This document shows positions 63,114 to 64,000 of a stretch of DNA of 64,000 bases, in pieces (positions within the stretch are counted from its first letter, which is position 1; each line of letters starts with the position of its first letter). The stretch lies in the NCBI RefSeq assembly GCF_004010195.1, contig NC_057752.1, forward strand, positions 1,536,704 to 1,600,703. The letters run 5' to 3'. Position numbers and translations under genes: made by a program. The DNA is from Chiloscyllium plagiosum. Taxonomy: Eukaryota. A model generated the notes under the pieces. The model did no database searches, was not told the DNA's origin, and saw nothing but the letters and a program-made list of their open reading frames with translations.

Positions 63114-63439
63114 TGTGTTGTCCTTTTGCCTTTTTGGGCTAAGTCCAGCCAGAGTGAAAGTCATCTCTGCCTCCTGCAGTAAAAAAACTGATTTAAGGTC
63201 ATCTCAAGGCCATTCTTTCTAAGTGTCCAAGAGAGATTGAGTAGACTGGGACTATACTTGTTGGAATTTAGAACAATGAGGGGGGCTTTTATAGAAACAT
63301 ATCAAATGATGAAGGGAATAGGTAAGATAGAAGCAGGGAGGTTGTTTCCACGGGTGGGTGAAACTACAATGCGGGGGCTTAGCCTCAAAATAAGGGGGGA
63401 GCAGATTTTGTAGAGGTGTAGTGGACAGTGAAGAAGGTC

Positions 63440-63998
63440 ACCGCAGATGGAGTTTAACTTAGATAAATGTGAGGTGCTGCATTTTGGATCGGAAAGATGC
63501 TGTGAAACTTGAAAGGGTTCAGCAAAGATTTACAAGGATGTTGCCAGGGTTGGAGGATTTGAGCTACAGGGAGAGGCTGAACAGGCTGGGGCTGTTTTCC
63601 CTGGAGCGTAAGAGGCTGAGGGGTGACCTTATAGTGGTTTATAAAATCACGAGGGGCATGGATAGGATAAATAGACAAAGTCTTTTCCCTGGGGTGGGGG
63701 AGTCCAGAACTAGAGAGGCATAGGTTTAGGGTGAGAGGGGAAAGATATAAAAGAGCCCTAAGGGGCAACTGTTTCACACAGAGGGTGGTACGTGTATGGA
63801 ATGAGCTGCCAGAGGAAGTGGTGGAGGCTGGTACAATTGCAACATTTAAGAGGCATTTGGATGGGTATATGAAGAGGAAGGGTTTGGAGGGATATAGGCC
63901 GGGTGCTGGCAGATGGGACTAGATTAATTTCGGATATCTGGCCGGCATGGACAAAATGTACTGTTTCGTGCTGTACAGCTCTATATCAGATTCTATGT
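63440..63998 (+). mobile_element. CR1/HER1 3' end
   Basis: KLERVQQRFTRMLPGL...GYRPGAGRWD and tail. Confidence 0.93.
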
Positions 63999-64000
63999 CA

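Overview
Eukaryotic, repeat-dense intergenic or intronic DNA from a cartilaginous fish. The taxon is inferred from HE1-type V-SINEs, HER1/CR1-type LINEs and SacSINE1-like Deu-SINEs; the species cannot be determined. I found no intact host protein-coding gene, tRNA/rRNA gene or CRISPR array. Nearly all ORFs in the track are retroelement debris or chance ORFs. The window holds about 17 HE1/V-SINE copies, about 25 CR1 LINE fragments, a second CR1/L2-clade LINE with its own tail-sharing SINE, Deu-domain SINE relics, a young Tx1-clade LINE 3' end, probable solo LTRs, a 36-bp minisatellite and two assembly gaps. The most notable signal is about 20 short Penelope-like (PLE)-derived elements from at least 3 families. 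They carry minimal type I hammerhead ribozyme motifs (CUGANGA / stem II / GAAAC-GUC or GAAAG-CUA). Many are fold-back palindromes centred just upstream of the ribozyme core, and many are flanked by 9-18 bp target-site duplications (TSDs). GIY-YIG endonuclease remnants of the parent PLEs lie in the same window. Repeat boundaries were read by eye (about +/-20 bp unless a TSD is quoted), and family names come from motif recognition, not a database search.
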